DNA of 64,000 nucleotides, taken from positions 13,578 to 77,577 of the forward strand of contig JAPDJI010000025.1 of NCBI GenBank assembly GCA_029259155.1, read 5' to 3'. Shown here in pieces: positions 39,048 to 49,388 of this stretch. The notes under the pieces were generated by a model. The model had not been told where the DNA came from and searched no databases. It saw only the letters and a list, made by a program, of their open reading frames with translations. A program made the position numbers and the translations under genes. This stretch comes from Candidatus Methanomethylicia archaeon. Lineage in GTDB: Archaea; Thermoproteota; Methanomethylicia; Nezhaarchaeales; B40-G2. The first letter of the stretch is position 1, and each line of letters opens with the position of its first letter.

Positions 39048-40003
39048 ACCCTGAGCTACTGGCACTAGCTGAGCATAGAGAAGGTGAGCTTAGAGAGGTC
39101 ACCTTTGAATTAGCGGGGCTAGCGAGAAAACTTGAACTTAAAGCCACCTGTGTTCTACTAGGTTTCAAGGCTCAATCCATGGCTGAGAAGCTGGCATCAT
39201 ACTTTGATGAGGTGTTTTACGTAGAACACGACCTCCTCAAGCATTTCAACTCTGACCTCTATCAACCTCTTCTAGCTAAGTTGACGAAGGAGCGTAGACC
39301 TAAGCTGGTAGCTATGGGTCACACCTCCATAGGCATGGAGCTGGCCCCCAGTTTAGCTGCTGAGCTAGGCTGTCCTCTGATAACCGACGTTCTGGACGTT
39401 CAACTTAATGGAGAGAAGCTGTTAGCTAGGAGGCAGATATATGGGGGTAAGGTGGAGGCTTTAATGGAGCTTAAGGAGTCTCCATGCCATATGATCACTA
39501 TGAGGCCAGGAGTGTTACGCCAGCCTGAACCTAAAGGTCAAGGCAAAGTAACCAAAGTTGACATGGAGTTAAAGGAGTCGCTGCGTAAAAAAGTTGTAGG
39601 CTACGTAGAGCCTCCGGTAGCCGAGGTTGACATAACTAAAGCTGACGTCATAGTTAGCATAGGTCGAGGCATCAGGGATGCAGGCAACATACCTGCTGTC
39701 GAAGAGTTAGCTCGCATGTTGGGTGGAGTACTAGCTTGTTCTAGGCCAGTAGTGGATAAAGGATGGCTTCCTAAGGATAGACAAGTCGGTAATTCAGGTA
39801 AGACCGTGAAGCCTAAACTTTACCTAGCGCTCGGCATTAGCGGGGCTTTTCAGCACGTGGTAGGAATGAAAAACTCTGACCTAATCATAGCAGTGAACAA
39901 GGACCCTAATGCACCGATTTTTAATGTGGCCCACTACGGCATAGTGGACGACCTAATGAAGGTGGTAGAGGCCTTAAAGAACCTGCTTAAGGCTAGGAGC
40001 TAG
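39044..40003 (+). CDS. etfA: Electron transfer flavoprotein alpha subunit
   Basis: SRPVVD, QVGNSGKTVKP, GISGAFQH, NKDPNAPIF. Confidence 0.95.
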   Translation: MNPELLALAEHREGELREVTFELAGLARKLELKATCVLLGFKAQSMAEKLASYFDEVFYVEHDLLKHFNSDLYQPLLAKLTKERRPKLVAMGHTSIGMELAPSLAAELGCPLITDVLDVQLNGEKLLARRQIYGGKVEALMELKESPCHMITMRPGVLRQPEPKGQGKVTKVDMELKESLRKKVVGYVEPPVAEVDITKADVIVSIGRGIRDAGNIPAVEELARMLGGVLACSRPVVDKGWLPKDRQVGNSGKTVKPKLYLALGISGAFQHVVGMKNSDLIIAVNKDPNAPIFNVAHYGIVDDLMKVVEALKNLLKARS

Positions 40004-41105
40004 GAAGAGCTTGTGCCAATAGTTCAGCTACATCCATGACTCTAAGTTTATCTTCTAACCCAGCCGTCTTCACCCCGTCCTCTAGGTTAGCTAAGCAGAA
40101 GGGACAAGCAGTTGCGAGGATAGATGCTCCTGTAGAGGATGCTTCGACTACTCTAACTTCAGCTAATCTTCTGCCAGGTGGTCCTTCAAACCACATCCTT
40201 CCTCCACCCCCTTCACAGCATAGACTCCTCGACCTGGAACGCTCCATCTCAACAAGTTTGACCCCGCGTATAGCTTTCAGAAGCTTACGTGGCTCCTCGT
40301 ATACTCCGCTACGTCTACCTAAGTAACATGGGTCATGGTAGGTGACCACCACGTCAGCTAAGCCCTTGAGCTTAAGTAAACCCTCGTCTAAGAGGCGGGC
40401 TAAGAATTGCGTATAATGAAGCACCTCAGCCTTAAGCCCAAGATACCTGTTCTTAAAGGCATAGTAGCAATGGGGGGAAGTGGTAATGATTGTTTCTACG
40501 CCTTCTCCCATGTTTGCTTTATTCGTTTCCATGAGTTCCTCGAAAAGCCCAAGTTCACCTATATTGTATACCTCATTTCCGCAGCAGACCTCGTCCTCGC
40601 CCAGAAACGCTGGTTCAACGCCGGCGGCTTTAAGTACCTTGACCAGGGCTCTAGCAGCTTCTTGAGCCCTAGGGTCATAGGCTGATGCGCAACAAGTGAA
40701 TAAGAGAATCTTGGAATCTTCGAGCTCTAAAAGCCTCTTGATACCTAGGCCTGAGGCCCACTCCCCACGTTTAACCCTACTCTTACCCCAAGGGTTACCT
40801 TGTTTGAATGTGTTTTCAAGGCTGTCTCTAAGTGTAGGCGGTATTTTTCCGGCCTCCACACGCTCCGACCTTAACTCAATGATAAGGTCGAGGGGCTTAG
40901 TACCTCTAGGGCACCTGTAAACGCATAGGTAACAGGTTGTACAGTCCCATAGTTCATCGCCTACCTCAAGGCTTTTAGTCATAAGTGACGCTGTTATTCG
41001 CCTAACGTTGAGCGTAGACCTCGTACTTAAAGGACAGCTACCTACACATACTCCGCACTGCATGCAGGCTAATAATTCATGCCTGCTTAACGCCTCCAAC
41101 TTCAT
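39993..41105 (-). CDS. HdrD/GlpC-like Fe-S oxidoreductase (2x[4Fe-4S] plus CCG domains)
   Basis: CMQCGVCVGSCP, CTTCYLCVYRCP, CCG, YHDPCYLGR, CCEGGGG, TACPFC. Confidence 0.88.
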   Translation of the reverse strand: MKLEALSRHELLACMQCGVCVGSCPLSTRSTLNVRRITASLMTKSLEVGDELWDCTTCYLCVYRCPRGTKPLDLIIELRSERVEAGKIPPTLRDSLENTFKQGNPWGKSRVKRGEWASGLGIKRLLELEDSKILLFTCCASAYDPRAQEAARALVKVLKAAGVEPAFLGEDEVCCGNEVYNIGELGLFEELMETNKANMGEGVETIITTSPHCYYAFKNRYLGLKAEVLHYTQFLARLLDEGLLKLKGLADVVVTYHDPCYLGRRSGVYEEPRKLLKAIRGVKLVEMERSRSRSLCCEGGGGRMWFEGPPGRRLAEVRVVEASSTGASILATACPFCLANLEDGVKTAGLEDKLRVMDVAELLAQALPSS

Positions 41106-43459
41106 CGCGCCTCCATTGCTCTACTTAGCCTAACTCTTTCCTCAGCCCCTAAGGGACCTAGGTCCCTGACCATGGAGGTATGCGTGCGCAGTATGTCGGC
41201 TATCTTTCTATAGGCAGGTAACTCGATAAGGCTATAGTAGACCCGCGTCGACTCCACGCCAGCTTCCTCTAGGCTAGCGAGGGCTTCTTCAAACCTCCAT
41301 CTGAATGCTTCATCCACCCATTTCTGCCCCTCTATAACCACTATTCCATCGGCTCCAAGCATGAAGGCTTTGAGAAGTAAGTCTCTTCCTAAGATAGCTG
41401 AGGAAGGTATAGCTATTGGCAAGGTTTCAGCAGGATAATTAACTCTGTCTAATCCTAAGAAGTCAAGCCCTGTGTAGGCAATGTTCTTCTCCACGAAAGC
41501 GACGATAACTACATCGCCTTCTCTCTTTTCAGCTAGCAATCCTTTAAGTTGAGCTTCTAGCTGTCTACGCGTATAGTTCTTAAAGTCTATGGCGCTTTTC
41601 GGGCAAGCTGGGATGCAGGCGCCACACCCTATACATGAGACCACCTTAACCGCTGCTTTTCCTTCCTTCAACTCTATCGCAGCAATAGGGCAAACCTCCA
41701 TACAAGCGCCGCATCCATCGCAATGCTCCCAGTAAACCCATGGTTTTTCTGGACTTGAGATCACAACCCCTCTCCTGAGAAAGGTATCTACGCGAGACGA
41801 GGCAGCCAAGGCATCAGCAACGCTATCTCGTACATCTCTAGGTCCTAAAGCACAGCCACAAGCATAGATGCCGGCTCTAAGTAGATCAACTGGACCCAGT
41901 TTCGGGTGTTTCTCCTGTATGAAGCCATCCTCACCTATAGGCAGTGATACTTTATCAGCTAGTTGACGTAGTCCTGAAGGTGGGATCATGGGAGTAGCCA
42001 GAGCCACTAAGTCGAATTCCTCCTCCATCACTTTTCCGAGTAGTGTGTTTTCAGCTCTTACAAGGAGACCATGTTCTCCACGCCTAATCTCAGCTACCCT
42101 ACCCCTCACGAATACTACGCCACTCTCTTGAGCCTTAACGTAGAGCTCCTCATAGCCTTTCCCTGCAGCTCTAATATCAGTATAAAATATCCATACTTCA
42201 ACTCCAAACTGTTCTCTGAGCAGTACGGCCTGCTTTAATGAGTACATGCAGCATACCTTGCTGCAGTAAGGCACGTATCTATTCCTATCCCTAGAGCCGG
42301 CACATAGCACAATGGCTATTTTCTTAACCTCGCTCTGGTCGCTAAATTTCCTTAATAACCCCTTTGTTGGGCCGAAGAGGGAAGTCAAGCGTTCAAGCTC
42401 CATCATAGTTATTACGTCAGGGTACTGGCCATAGCCATAATCCTCGAGAAGCTTAGCGTCGAGGAGCTCATAGCCTACCGCTACCACGACCCCTCCAACC
42501 TTAAGCTCCAGCTGGCTTTCTTCTTCGTCTAGTCGTATAGCGTCACGTGGACACTTCTCTATACAGGCGCCGCAGCGAGTACAGGCAGAGAAGTCGATGA
42601 CATAAGCATAAGGTACTGCTTGAGGAAAGGGTACATAGATAGCTTTCCTCTTGCTTCTATTTTCATTGTATTCATCGTCAACCTCAACGGGACAAGCTTT
42701 ACTACATATACCGCAACCAGCACACTTGGATACGTCCACTCCTCGAGGTTTAACTTTCACCTTAACCGTATAGTTACCCGGATATCCTTCGATATTTTCA
42801 ACTTCGCTTAACGTGAGCAGCGTTATGTTAGGGTGTCTACTCACCTCAGCCATCTTAGGTGTTAGTATGCACTGCGCACAGTCGAGGGTGGGGAAGACCT
42901 TAGTCAACTTGGCCATGTTTCCTCCTATCGATGGGCCCTTCTCGACCAAGTAGACTTTATAGCCCTTGTCGGCGAGCTCTAGAGAACAGGTTATCCCAGC
43001 TATACCTCCTCCGATCACGAGCACTTCCTGTCTACAAGGCTCCTCCACGGGTTCGAGAGGCTCGAGCTCCAGGCATCTTTCATAGCCTCCCTTAAGTAGC
43101 CTTAGAGCTTTCTTCGTAGCGGCCTCTTTATCGTCAGCGTGGACCCATGAGCATTGTTCCCTTATATTGACGAACTCTAACATGTAAGGGTTAAGGCCTG
43201 CCCTGCGCATAGCGTCATGAAAAGTGGAGAGATGCATCCTAGGCGTACAACAAGCTACAACTACTCTATCGAGGCCACGTGACTTAATAGCTTCTACAAG
43301 CCTATCTTGAGAAGGCTTGGAGCATAGATAATCTTCGACCCTCGCAACAACTACGTAACTCCACTTAGAAGCCTTCTCCCGCAAATGATCGCAATCGACA
43401 GTATCGCTTATGTTACCTCCACATCTACATATAAATACGCCCACCTTCGGTTGGGGCAA
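41102..43459 (-). CDS. hdrA: Heterodisulfide reductase subunit A family, fused to a degenerate MvhD-like domain
   Basis: CRCGGNI, ACCTP, NIREQCSWVH, GGGIAG, FPTLDCAQC, CAGSRD...YCSKVCC, ferredoxin domains, C-terminal AF..GADG. Confidence 0.92.
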   Translation of the reverse strand: MPQPKVGVFICRCGGNISDTVDCDHLREKASKWSYVVVARVEDYLCSKPSQDRLVEAIKSRGLDRVVVACCTPRMHLSTFHDAMRRAGLNPYMLEFVNIREQCSWVHADDKEAATKKALRLLKGGYERCLELEPLEPVEEPCRQEVLVIGGGIAGITCSLELADKGYKVYLVEKGPSIGGNMAKLTKVFPTLDCAQCILTPKMAEVSRHPNITLLTLSEVENIEGYPGNYTVKVKVKPRGVDVSKCAGCGICSKACPVEVDDEYNENRSKRKAIYVPFPQAVPYAYVIDFSACTRCGACIEKCPRDAIRLDEEESQLELKVGGVVVAVGYELLDAKLLEDYGYGQYPDVITMMELERLTSLFGPTKGLLRKFSDQSEVKKIAIVLCAGSRDRNRYVPYCSKVCCMYSLKQAVLLREQFGVEVWIFYTDIRAAGKGYEELYVKAQESGVVFVRGRVAEIRRGEHGLLVRAENTLLGKVMEEEFDLVALATPMIPPSGLRQLADKVSLPIGEDGFIQEKHPKLGPVDLLRAGIYACGCALGPRDVRDSVADALAASSRVDTFLRRGVVISSPEKPWVYWEHCDGCGACMEVCPIAAIELKEGKAAVKVVSCIGCGACIPACPKSAIDFKNYTRRQLEAQLKGLLAEKREGDVVIVAFVEKNIAYTGLDFLGLDRVNYPAETLPIAIPSSAILGRDLLLKAFMLGADGIVVIEGQKWVDEAFRWRFEEALASLEEAGVESTRVYYSLIELPAYRKIADILRTHTSMVRDLGPLGAEERVRLSRAMEAR

Positions 43460-43493
43460 GGAAACCCTTCACGCGGTAGAGTGTTAAGATTAT

Positions 43494-44900
43494 TTAAGCG
43501 ATTGGGCGTTTTGCTGAGTACGTCACTAAACGTGAAATGGCTGAGACCGCTAAATCTACTGTTGGATAGACGGGCACTTTAACTTCCAGCAGTTTTCTTC
43601 CAGCTTTCTGATAGTCTTCGTAGAATAGTCTCGGTTGCATGACCACGAATATCGGTTTACCGTAGCGTTGCTTAACGCGGCATACCACGTCGGTAAGCTC
43701 ATGGAAGCGTTGTGCTCCTCGGTATAATGAAGGCCACTCCATGCTTTGAAGAATTAGGAGCCCATCAATGTTAGGGTCTTCTATCAGGAAAGATAGTATC
43801 TCTAAGTAGGTTTCTGGGTCCAGGGCAGCTAATTGAATATCCACAGGGTTTCTTATGCTGGACCCGTACCTAGGAACTATTTTTTCAAGCTTCTTCAAGG
43901 TCTCTCCAGAGGGTCTAGGGAGGCTTAAGCCATGCTTACTACAGGCGTCAGCTGTTGATACGGCCTCCCCTCCACTTATTGAAACGACTGCCAGCCTTCC
44001 CCCGCTAATTTTTGGGATTAATGAGAATGTGAGGGACGTGTAGGCGGTGTCTTCTAGGCTATAAGCCTGGATGGCTTGACCCTGCTTTAAGGCTACCCTC
44101 CACAGGGTCCAAGACCCTGCCATAGCTAACGTATGAGTCGATACCGCCTCTGCCCCTTCCTCCGTCACCCCTCCTTTCCATACAATAACTGGTTTCTTGG
44201 CCGTGGTTTTCTTTAGAGAGCTTATGAGCTGTCTTCCGTCCTTAACTCCTTCCACGTAGGTTGCTATCACGTGGGTCTCAGGGTCTTCGCCGAAGGCCTC
44301 GATTAGCTCAGGTAAGTCTACATCAACCGCATTGCCATAACTTACAATAGCACTAAACTTAAGTCCTATAGATGCTCCTAGCCACCCCATGGCTGCAGCG
44401 TGTCCCCCGCTCTGAGCCAGAAAGGCTACATTTCCAGCTTCCTTAGGGAAGCCGTGGGCAAAGCATAGTCCAGAGCTAGGCCTGTAGATGCCTAAGCAAT
44501 TTGGTCCTATCACCCTAAACTTCCAGCGTTTAACTGCCTCAACTATAGCTCTACTTATTCCCCTATCACCCGTCGGTGAGAGGATGTCGGAGTCAGAGGT
44601 GAAGATAATGATGGCTTTCACACCTTTAACGCCACACTCTTCCAATACCTCTGCTACTGCTTCTCTAGGCACGGCTATGAACGCTAAGTCTACTGCTTCC
44701 TCTATCTCGCTTACCTTATGGTATACCTTGAACCCCAAGATCTCGCTTTCCTTTGGATTTACGAGGTAGAGGCGGCCATGATAACCATACTCGAGGAGGG
44801 TTCTAACGTAGTGGTTGATGTAATCGTCTTCTCTTTTAGATACTCCGATTATAGCCATGGAGCGGGGCGATAGAAACAAGCTCCAGGGTGCCTTACCCAA
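43494..44900 (-). CDS. ADP-forming acyl-CoA synthetase alpha subunit (CoA-binding)
   Basis: IGPNCLG, QSGG, SYGNAVD, YVEG, STHT phospho-His region, NPVD; no ATP-grasp domain. Confidence 0.88.
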   Translation of the reverse strand: MGKAPWSLFLSPRSMAIIGVSKREDDYINHYVRTLLEYGYHGRLYLVNPKESEILGFKVYHKVSEIEEAVDLAFIAVPREAVAEVLEECGVKGVKAIIIFTSDSDILSPTGDRGISRAIVEAVKRWKFRVIGPNCLGIYRPSSGLCFAHGFPKEAGNVAFLAQSGGHAAAMGWLGASIGLKFSAIVSYGNAVDVDLPELIEAFGEDPETHVIATYVEGVKDGRQLISSLKKTTAKKPVIVWKGGVTEEGAEAVSTHTLAMAGSWTLWRVALKQGQAIQAYSLEDTAYTSLTFSLIPKISGGRLAVVSISGGEAVSTADACSKHGLSLPRPSGETLKKLEKIVPRYGSSIRNPVDIQLAALDPETYLEILSFLIEDPNIDGLLILQSMEWPSLYRGAQRFHELTDVVCRVKQRYGKPIFVVMQPRLFYEDYQKAGRKLLEVKVPVYPTVDLAVSAISRLVTYSAKRPIA

Positions 44901-44986
44901 TGTTCTTTCCTCCTCTGCGAGGTAGGATGAAAGCTTTTTATAGGCTCAGTTATTTTATAGCTATAAAATATTATGTGGTGGTGGAT

Positions 44987-46057
44987 ATGGGCAAGATAAG
45001 AGTAGCAGTAGCAGGTGTAGGTAACTGCTGCTCTGCCCTTATCCAAGGCATATATTACTATAGGGGTGCTCCTGACGACTCAGATATACCGGGACTCCTC
45101 TACCCTAACTTTGGAGGCTACAGGGTCGAGGATATAGAGTTCGTGGCTGCTTTTGACGTAAACGCGGAGAAGGTAGGCAAAGACCTCTCTGAAGCTATCT
45201 TCGCTTACCCCAATAACACCAGAAGGTTCGCAGAAGTCCCTCGGCTAGGAGTCACTGTCATGAATGCTCCGGTAATGGATGGAATAGGCAGGTATCTGAA
45301 GGATATAATTAAGCTATCCGATGAACCGCCTGCCGACGTGGCTCAAGTGCTTAAGGACACCAAAGCTGACATCTTGGTAAACTACCTTCCCGTGGGCTCT
45401 GAAGAAGCAGTCAGATGGTATGCTGCGCAAGCGCTCGAAGCAGGATGTGCTTTCGTTAACTGCATGCCGGTGTTCATAGCTTCCGACCCAGTGTGGGCTA
45501 AGAAATTCGAGGATCGAAGAATTCCTGTGGCAGGCGACGATATACAAAGCCAGCTAGGAGCTACGGTCTTGCATAAAACCATAGTCAAGCTCTTAGAGGA
45601 GCGCGGTGTTAGGATCGAAGAAACCTACCAGCTCAACGTAGGTGGCGATACAGACTTCCTTAACATGTTAGAGCGTGAGCGTCTAGCCTCTAAGGAAGTC
45701 AGCAAGACTATGGCGGTCCAGAAGATGGCTGGCCATGAGTTCCCTGTGAAAATAGGGCCTAGTGACTACATACCGTTTCTAGAGAATAGAAAGATATGCT
45801 ACATATGGATTAGAGGGAAACACTTCGGCGATACCCCCATTAGCATCGACGTAAAGCTCTCAGTGTGGGATGCTCCAAACTCAGCGGGTGTGGTCATAGA
45901 TGTGATAAGAGCAGTGAAGATAGCTTTGGACAGAGGCGTGGGTGGTCCCTTAACCAGCATTTCAGCCTGGGGCTTTAAGCACCCGCCAGTACATGCCCCA
46001 GCCTCCGTCGCTAGGCAATGGGTAGAGGAGTTCATAAAAGGAGCAAGAGAACGATAG
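44987..46057 (+). CDS. ino1: myo-inositol-1-phosphate synthase
   Basis: GVGNC, NYLPVGS, GDDIQSQLGAT, YQLNVGGDTDFLN, DAPNSAG. Confidence 0.95.
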   Translation: MGKIRVAVAGVGNCCSALIQGIYYYRGAPDDSDIPGLLYPNFGGYRVEDIEFVAAFDVNAEKVGKDLSEAIFAYPNNTRRFAEVPRLGVTVMNAPVMDGIGRYLKDIIKLSDEPPADVAQVLKDTKADILVNYLPVGSEEAVRWYAAQALEAGCAFVNCMPVFIASDPVWAKKFEDRRIPVAGDDIQSQLGATVLHKTIVKLLEERGVRIEETYQLNVGGDTDFLNMLERERLASKEVSKTMAVQKMAGHEFPVKIGPSDYIPFLENRKICYIWIRGKHFGDTPISIDVKLSVWDAPNSAGVVIDVIRAVKIALDRGVGGPLTSISAWGFKHPPVHAPASVARQWVEEFIKGARER

Positions 46058-46062
46058 TAAAA

Positions 46063-46800
46063 CTACTCAGAAATAGGGCCTTCCACCACTATGCCCTCTC
46101 CTCTAACGATCCTAAACTTATAAAGCACTGGATCAACAGCAGTCCACCTCATTTTTCTTACACATAAGGTTCTATAAACTTCATTACCTTTTCTAAGTAT
46201 CCCTAACGTTATGATGCCTGAGGCTAAGAATTCCTCTACGCCGAATCTACTCAAAGTATTTGACCCTGTAGGTACCTCTGAGACGATCAATGTTGTACAT
46301 CCAAGCTCGCGCTCGATTGCCAGCACCAACTCTCTAATATACTCCCTTGTAAAGGGGAGGTCTTCCTCCTTTGTTAGTAGAGGAGCTATAGGGTCTATGA
46401 CCAGCCTAGTAGCTCCTATCCTCATCATCTCCTGTCTAATACCTACGATGACTGAACCGACAGCTGCCTCAATATACTTCTTCTTAAACTTCTCGGCAAA
46501 GCCTGGTACTATCTGAGTTATAGACAAAAGGTTCTTCTCAAGCAGACTGCTTACATCCCAGCCGAAGCCTTCAGCTCCCCGAATCACGTTTTCCCTATCC
46601 TCATCAATGGCCATGTAAATACCTCTCTCCCCTATCTTCACTCCATGGAGGAGAAACTGAAGGGAGAATATGGTTTTTCCAGTTCCCGTCTCGCCTGCGA
46701 TGAGGTGGGTTCTACTTTTCAATAGTCCTCCTTCAATGAGTTCGTCGAGCCCAGGTATACCTGTAGGGGTACGTTGAATAGTTCTCGTAGGAGTTATCAA
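46063..46800 (-). CDS. Single-domain KaiC/RAD55-family ATPase
   Basis: TGIPGLDELIEGG, GETGTGKT, RLVID, VRKMR. Confidence 0.9.
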   Translation of the reverse strand: MITPTRTIQRTPTGIPGLDELIEGGLLKSRTHLIAGETGTGKTIFSLQFLLHGVKIGERGIYMAIDEDRENVIRGAEGFGWDVSSLLEKNLLSITQIVPGFAEKFKKKYIEAAVGSVIVGIRQEMMRIGATRLVIDPIAPLLTKEEDLPFTREYIRELVLAIERELGCTTLIVSEVPTGSNTLSRFGVEEFLASGIITLGILRKGNEVYRTLCVRKMRWTAVDPVLYKFRIVRGEGIVVEGPISE

Positions 46801-46802
46801 AA

Positions 46803-46988
46803 CTAAACCTCCTCTAATCTAAGCTCTCTAGACTTTGCTCCTCGAATAGTCCATAACTCTCTTTGAAGTAGATCACGTATAGCTATCCTTATAGCTTCGC
46901 TTCTAGAAGGAAATAGCCCAGCCTCAATGAGTCTATTAAGTTCTTCAAGATAAGCTTTAGGCACTTTAACTGTTATCACCCTCAACAT
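46803..46988 (-). CDS. Ribbon-helix-helix regulator (CdrS/aCcr1-like)
   Basis: VITVKVP...GLFPSRSEAIRIAIRDLL. Confidence 0.85.
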   Translation of the reverse strand: MLRVITVKVPKAYLEELNRLIEAGLFPSRSEAIRIAIRDLLQRELWTIRGAKSRELRLEEV

Positions 46989-47077
46989 TAACCCTCCTCT
47001 GATCTAGACACTTTGTAAAAACCTTTAAACAATCTCTTTATAAAGGTAGTGTTTTTCAACACCTTCCCTTACAATTA

Positions 47078-48154
47078 TTAAAAGGTTCGTTCTATTAAGA
47101 AGTCTGCGAGCTCCTCGAAGAAGACCATGGAATGCTTCGTTAAGCTAGGTTCAGCTTCTCTCAGCTTCTCTTTGGCCAGCTTCACGAGATCTTGAGCGAG
47201 TTGACGGGCGTAGCTCAAAGCTCCTGTACTTTCCACGATGTTCCTAGCCTCCTCAACTTCTTCTCTTGTAAGGTCTGCTTTACCTAATAGCTTTCTGAGC
47301 CTGTTTCTATTTGTTTCATCGGCTAGCTCCAGAGCCTTAATGACGAGTAGCGTCATCTTACCTTCTCTAATATCACTTCCTACGGGTTTCCCTATTTCTT
47401 CTTCTTCGCCAAAGAGGCCTATGATGTCGTCCTGGATCTGGAAGCCCTGAGCTGAAAGAACAGCGTAGCTGCTTAAGGCTTTTAATTGGCTATCAGTGGC
47501 TCCACCTAGTGTCGCACCTATCAAAATGGCTTTCTCGAAGAGAGCTGCAGTCTTCAACCTAACCATTTCTAGGTACTCCTTCTCCTCAACTTGTTCACTT
47601 AAGGGTAGATAAGTATCTAGGAGTACGCCGTCTATGAGTTGCTGGTAGGCCTCAACATAGAGCTTAAGCGCCTTAACTAACAGTTTCTCATCAAATCTTG
47701 CATAGGCTAGGGCCTTAAACCCTAGGTTAAATAAGATATCTCCTCCAAGTATCCCCAGGCTTAAGCCGAAATGCTCTGAGTCTCCTGAGGCTTTAACCGC
47801 TCTATGCCAATCTCTATACTTGGCATGGAAGGTTGGTCCTCCTCTCCTAAGTTCGTCTCTATCGATTATGTCGTCGTGTATGAGACTTGAGTTGTGGAGT
47901 AGCTCAACGCATATGGAGGCGTCTATCGATGCCTGTTCGTCACTGCCTCCTACACCTCTATAAGCCATTACTAGGGCGATGGGTCTAAGCCTCTTCCCTC
48001 CTCTAAGGAGGTACTCCTTTAAGTTAGCGTAGTACTCTTCATGAAACCTGCTTAGCTCTCTCGCCTGTGCAAGCTCCTTTCTTAAGAACCTCTCCAATGC
48101 TTCTTCAACTTTTGGGCTGTAGAGAGCTATGGTTTCCTTAAGCAAAGCTTTCAC
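47078..48154 (-). CDS. Polyprenyl (geranylgeranyl) diphosphate synthase
   Basis: GGKRLRP, HDDIIDRDELRRG, KTA, FQIQDD, GSDIREGK. Confidence 0.93.
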   Translation of the reverse strand: MKALLKETIALYSPKVEEALERFLRKELAQARELSRFHEEYYANLKEYLLRGGKRLRPIALVMAYRGVGGSDEQASIDASICVELLHNSSLIHDDIIDRDELRRGGPTFHAKYRDWHRAVKASGDSEHFGLSLGILGGDILFNLGFKALAYARFDEKLLVKALKLYVEAYQQLIDGVLLDTYLPLSEQVEEKEYLEMVRLKTAALFEKAILIGATLGGATDSQLKALSSYAVLSAQGFQIQDDIIGLFGEEEEIGKPVGSDIREGKMTLLVIKALELADETNRNRLRKLLGKADLTREEVEEARNIVESTGALSYARQLAQDLVKLAKEKLREAEPSLTKHSMVFFEELADFLIERTF

Positions 48155-48206
48155 CGAGAAAACCGTTAAACCTTATACGCTAAAAAGCCTAGCTGGGGGC
48201 CGAGTT

Positions 48207-48962
48207 TTGAGTAAAGTGGAGGTTTACGGGCTTAAGGTTAAGGAGGAGATTAAACCTGGCTTCGACCTAGCTGAGGCCATAGTTAGAGAAGCTGAGCGCC
48301 AAGCTGGAGGTTTAAAGGACGGCGACGTTGTGGTAGTAACCTCTAAGGTTGTATCTAAAGCTGAAGGTAGACTGGCCTCGTTAAATACGGTTAAGCCCTC
48401 ACCCTTCGCTGAAAGGTTAGCTGCTTCTCTAGGCAAACCTGCTGAAGTGGTCGAGCTTGTTTTACGTGAAGCTTCACGTATTGTCAGGATGGGCAAGCGG
48501 GTCTTGATCACTGAGGATTTAAGAGGATGGATAAGCGCTAATTCAGGTGTAGATGTATCTAATGCCCCACCTGGCTACGCTATTCTTCTTCCAATAGACC
48601 CAGACGCTTCTGCGAGAAAACTTAGAGACGCCTTGTCAAAAGCTACTGGTAAGGAAGTGGCGGTCATAGTATCTGATACGCAGGGTAGACCCTTCAGGAA
48701 AGGACAGGTGGATGTAGCAGTGGGTCTGGCTGGGCTAAAACCGATATGGGATAGGAAGGGGGAGAAGGATCTTTACGGGTATTCCTTAAGGATAAAGGAG
48801 ATAGCTTTAGCTGACGAGCTGGCTTCTGCGGCCGAGCTGGTGATTGGTCAGGCGGCTGAAGCCACACCTGTTGCTATCATAAGAGGGGTTAGCTATGAGA
48901 AGGACGAGAAAGCCGAGGCGAAAGACATTCAAAGACCTAGGCCTGAGGATCTTTTCGCTTAA
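48207..48962 (+). CDS. cofE: Coenzyme F420-0:L-glutamate ligase
   Basis: [39 protein letters not shown]; TTG start after GGGGG. Confidence 0.92.
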   Translation: MSKVEVYGLKVKEEIKPGFDLAEAIVREAERQAGGLKDGDVVVVTSKVVSKAEGRLASLNTVKPSPFAERLAASLGKPAEVVELVLREASRIVRMGKRVLITEDLRGWISANSGVDVSNAPPGYAILLPIDPDASARKLRDALSKATGKEVAVIVSDTQGRPFRKGQVDVAVGLAGLKPIWDRKGEKDLYGYSLRIKEIALADELASAAELVIGQAAEATPVAIIRGVSYEKDEKAEAKDIQRPRPEDLFA

Positions 48963-49033
48963 AGGAGTCGGAGGTAAACTATTTATTTTACCCTAACAAG
49001 AGGGGTAGCGCTGCGAACAAGGAGGTAAACAAC

Positions 49034-49354
49034 ATGAGCAAGGAGGCAGAGGCTTCAAAGAAGGAGAAGGCCGCCAGGCCCATAGGAGAGAACGTAGTCC
49101 TGGTGGGGAACAAGCCAACCATGAACTATGTGCTGGCCACAGTCATTCAGTTCAACCAGGGAGCCGACAAGGTGATAGTTAAGGCTAGAGGGAGAGCTAT
49201 ATCCAAGGCGGTCGACACTGCTCAGATCGTTCAACTACGATTCTTACAGGACCAGGTAGAGGTCAAGGACGTCAAGATAGGCACTGAGAGAGTTGGCGAG
49301 TACGGGCAAGAGAGAAACGTGTCTACCATCGAGATCCTGCTAGCCAGGAAGTAG
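49034..49354 (+). CDS. albA: Chromatin protein Alba
   Basis: [30 protein letters not shown]. Confidence 0.95.
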   Translation: MSKEAEASKKEKAARPIGENVVLVGNKPTMNYVLATVIQFNQGADKVIVKARGRAISKAVDTAQIVQLRFLQDQVEVKDVKIGTERVGEYGQERNVSTIEILLARK

Positions 49355-49374
49355 GCGGCCTCAACGCTACATCA

Positions 49375-49388
49375 TTTTTCCCTCTTTA
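49375..49388 (+). terminator. Putative pyrimidine/oligo-T terminator after alba
   Basis: TTTTTCCCTCTTT about 20 nt after the stop codon, between convergent genes. Confidence 0.4.
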
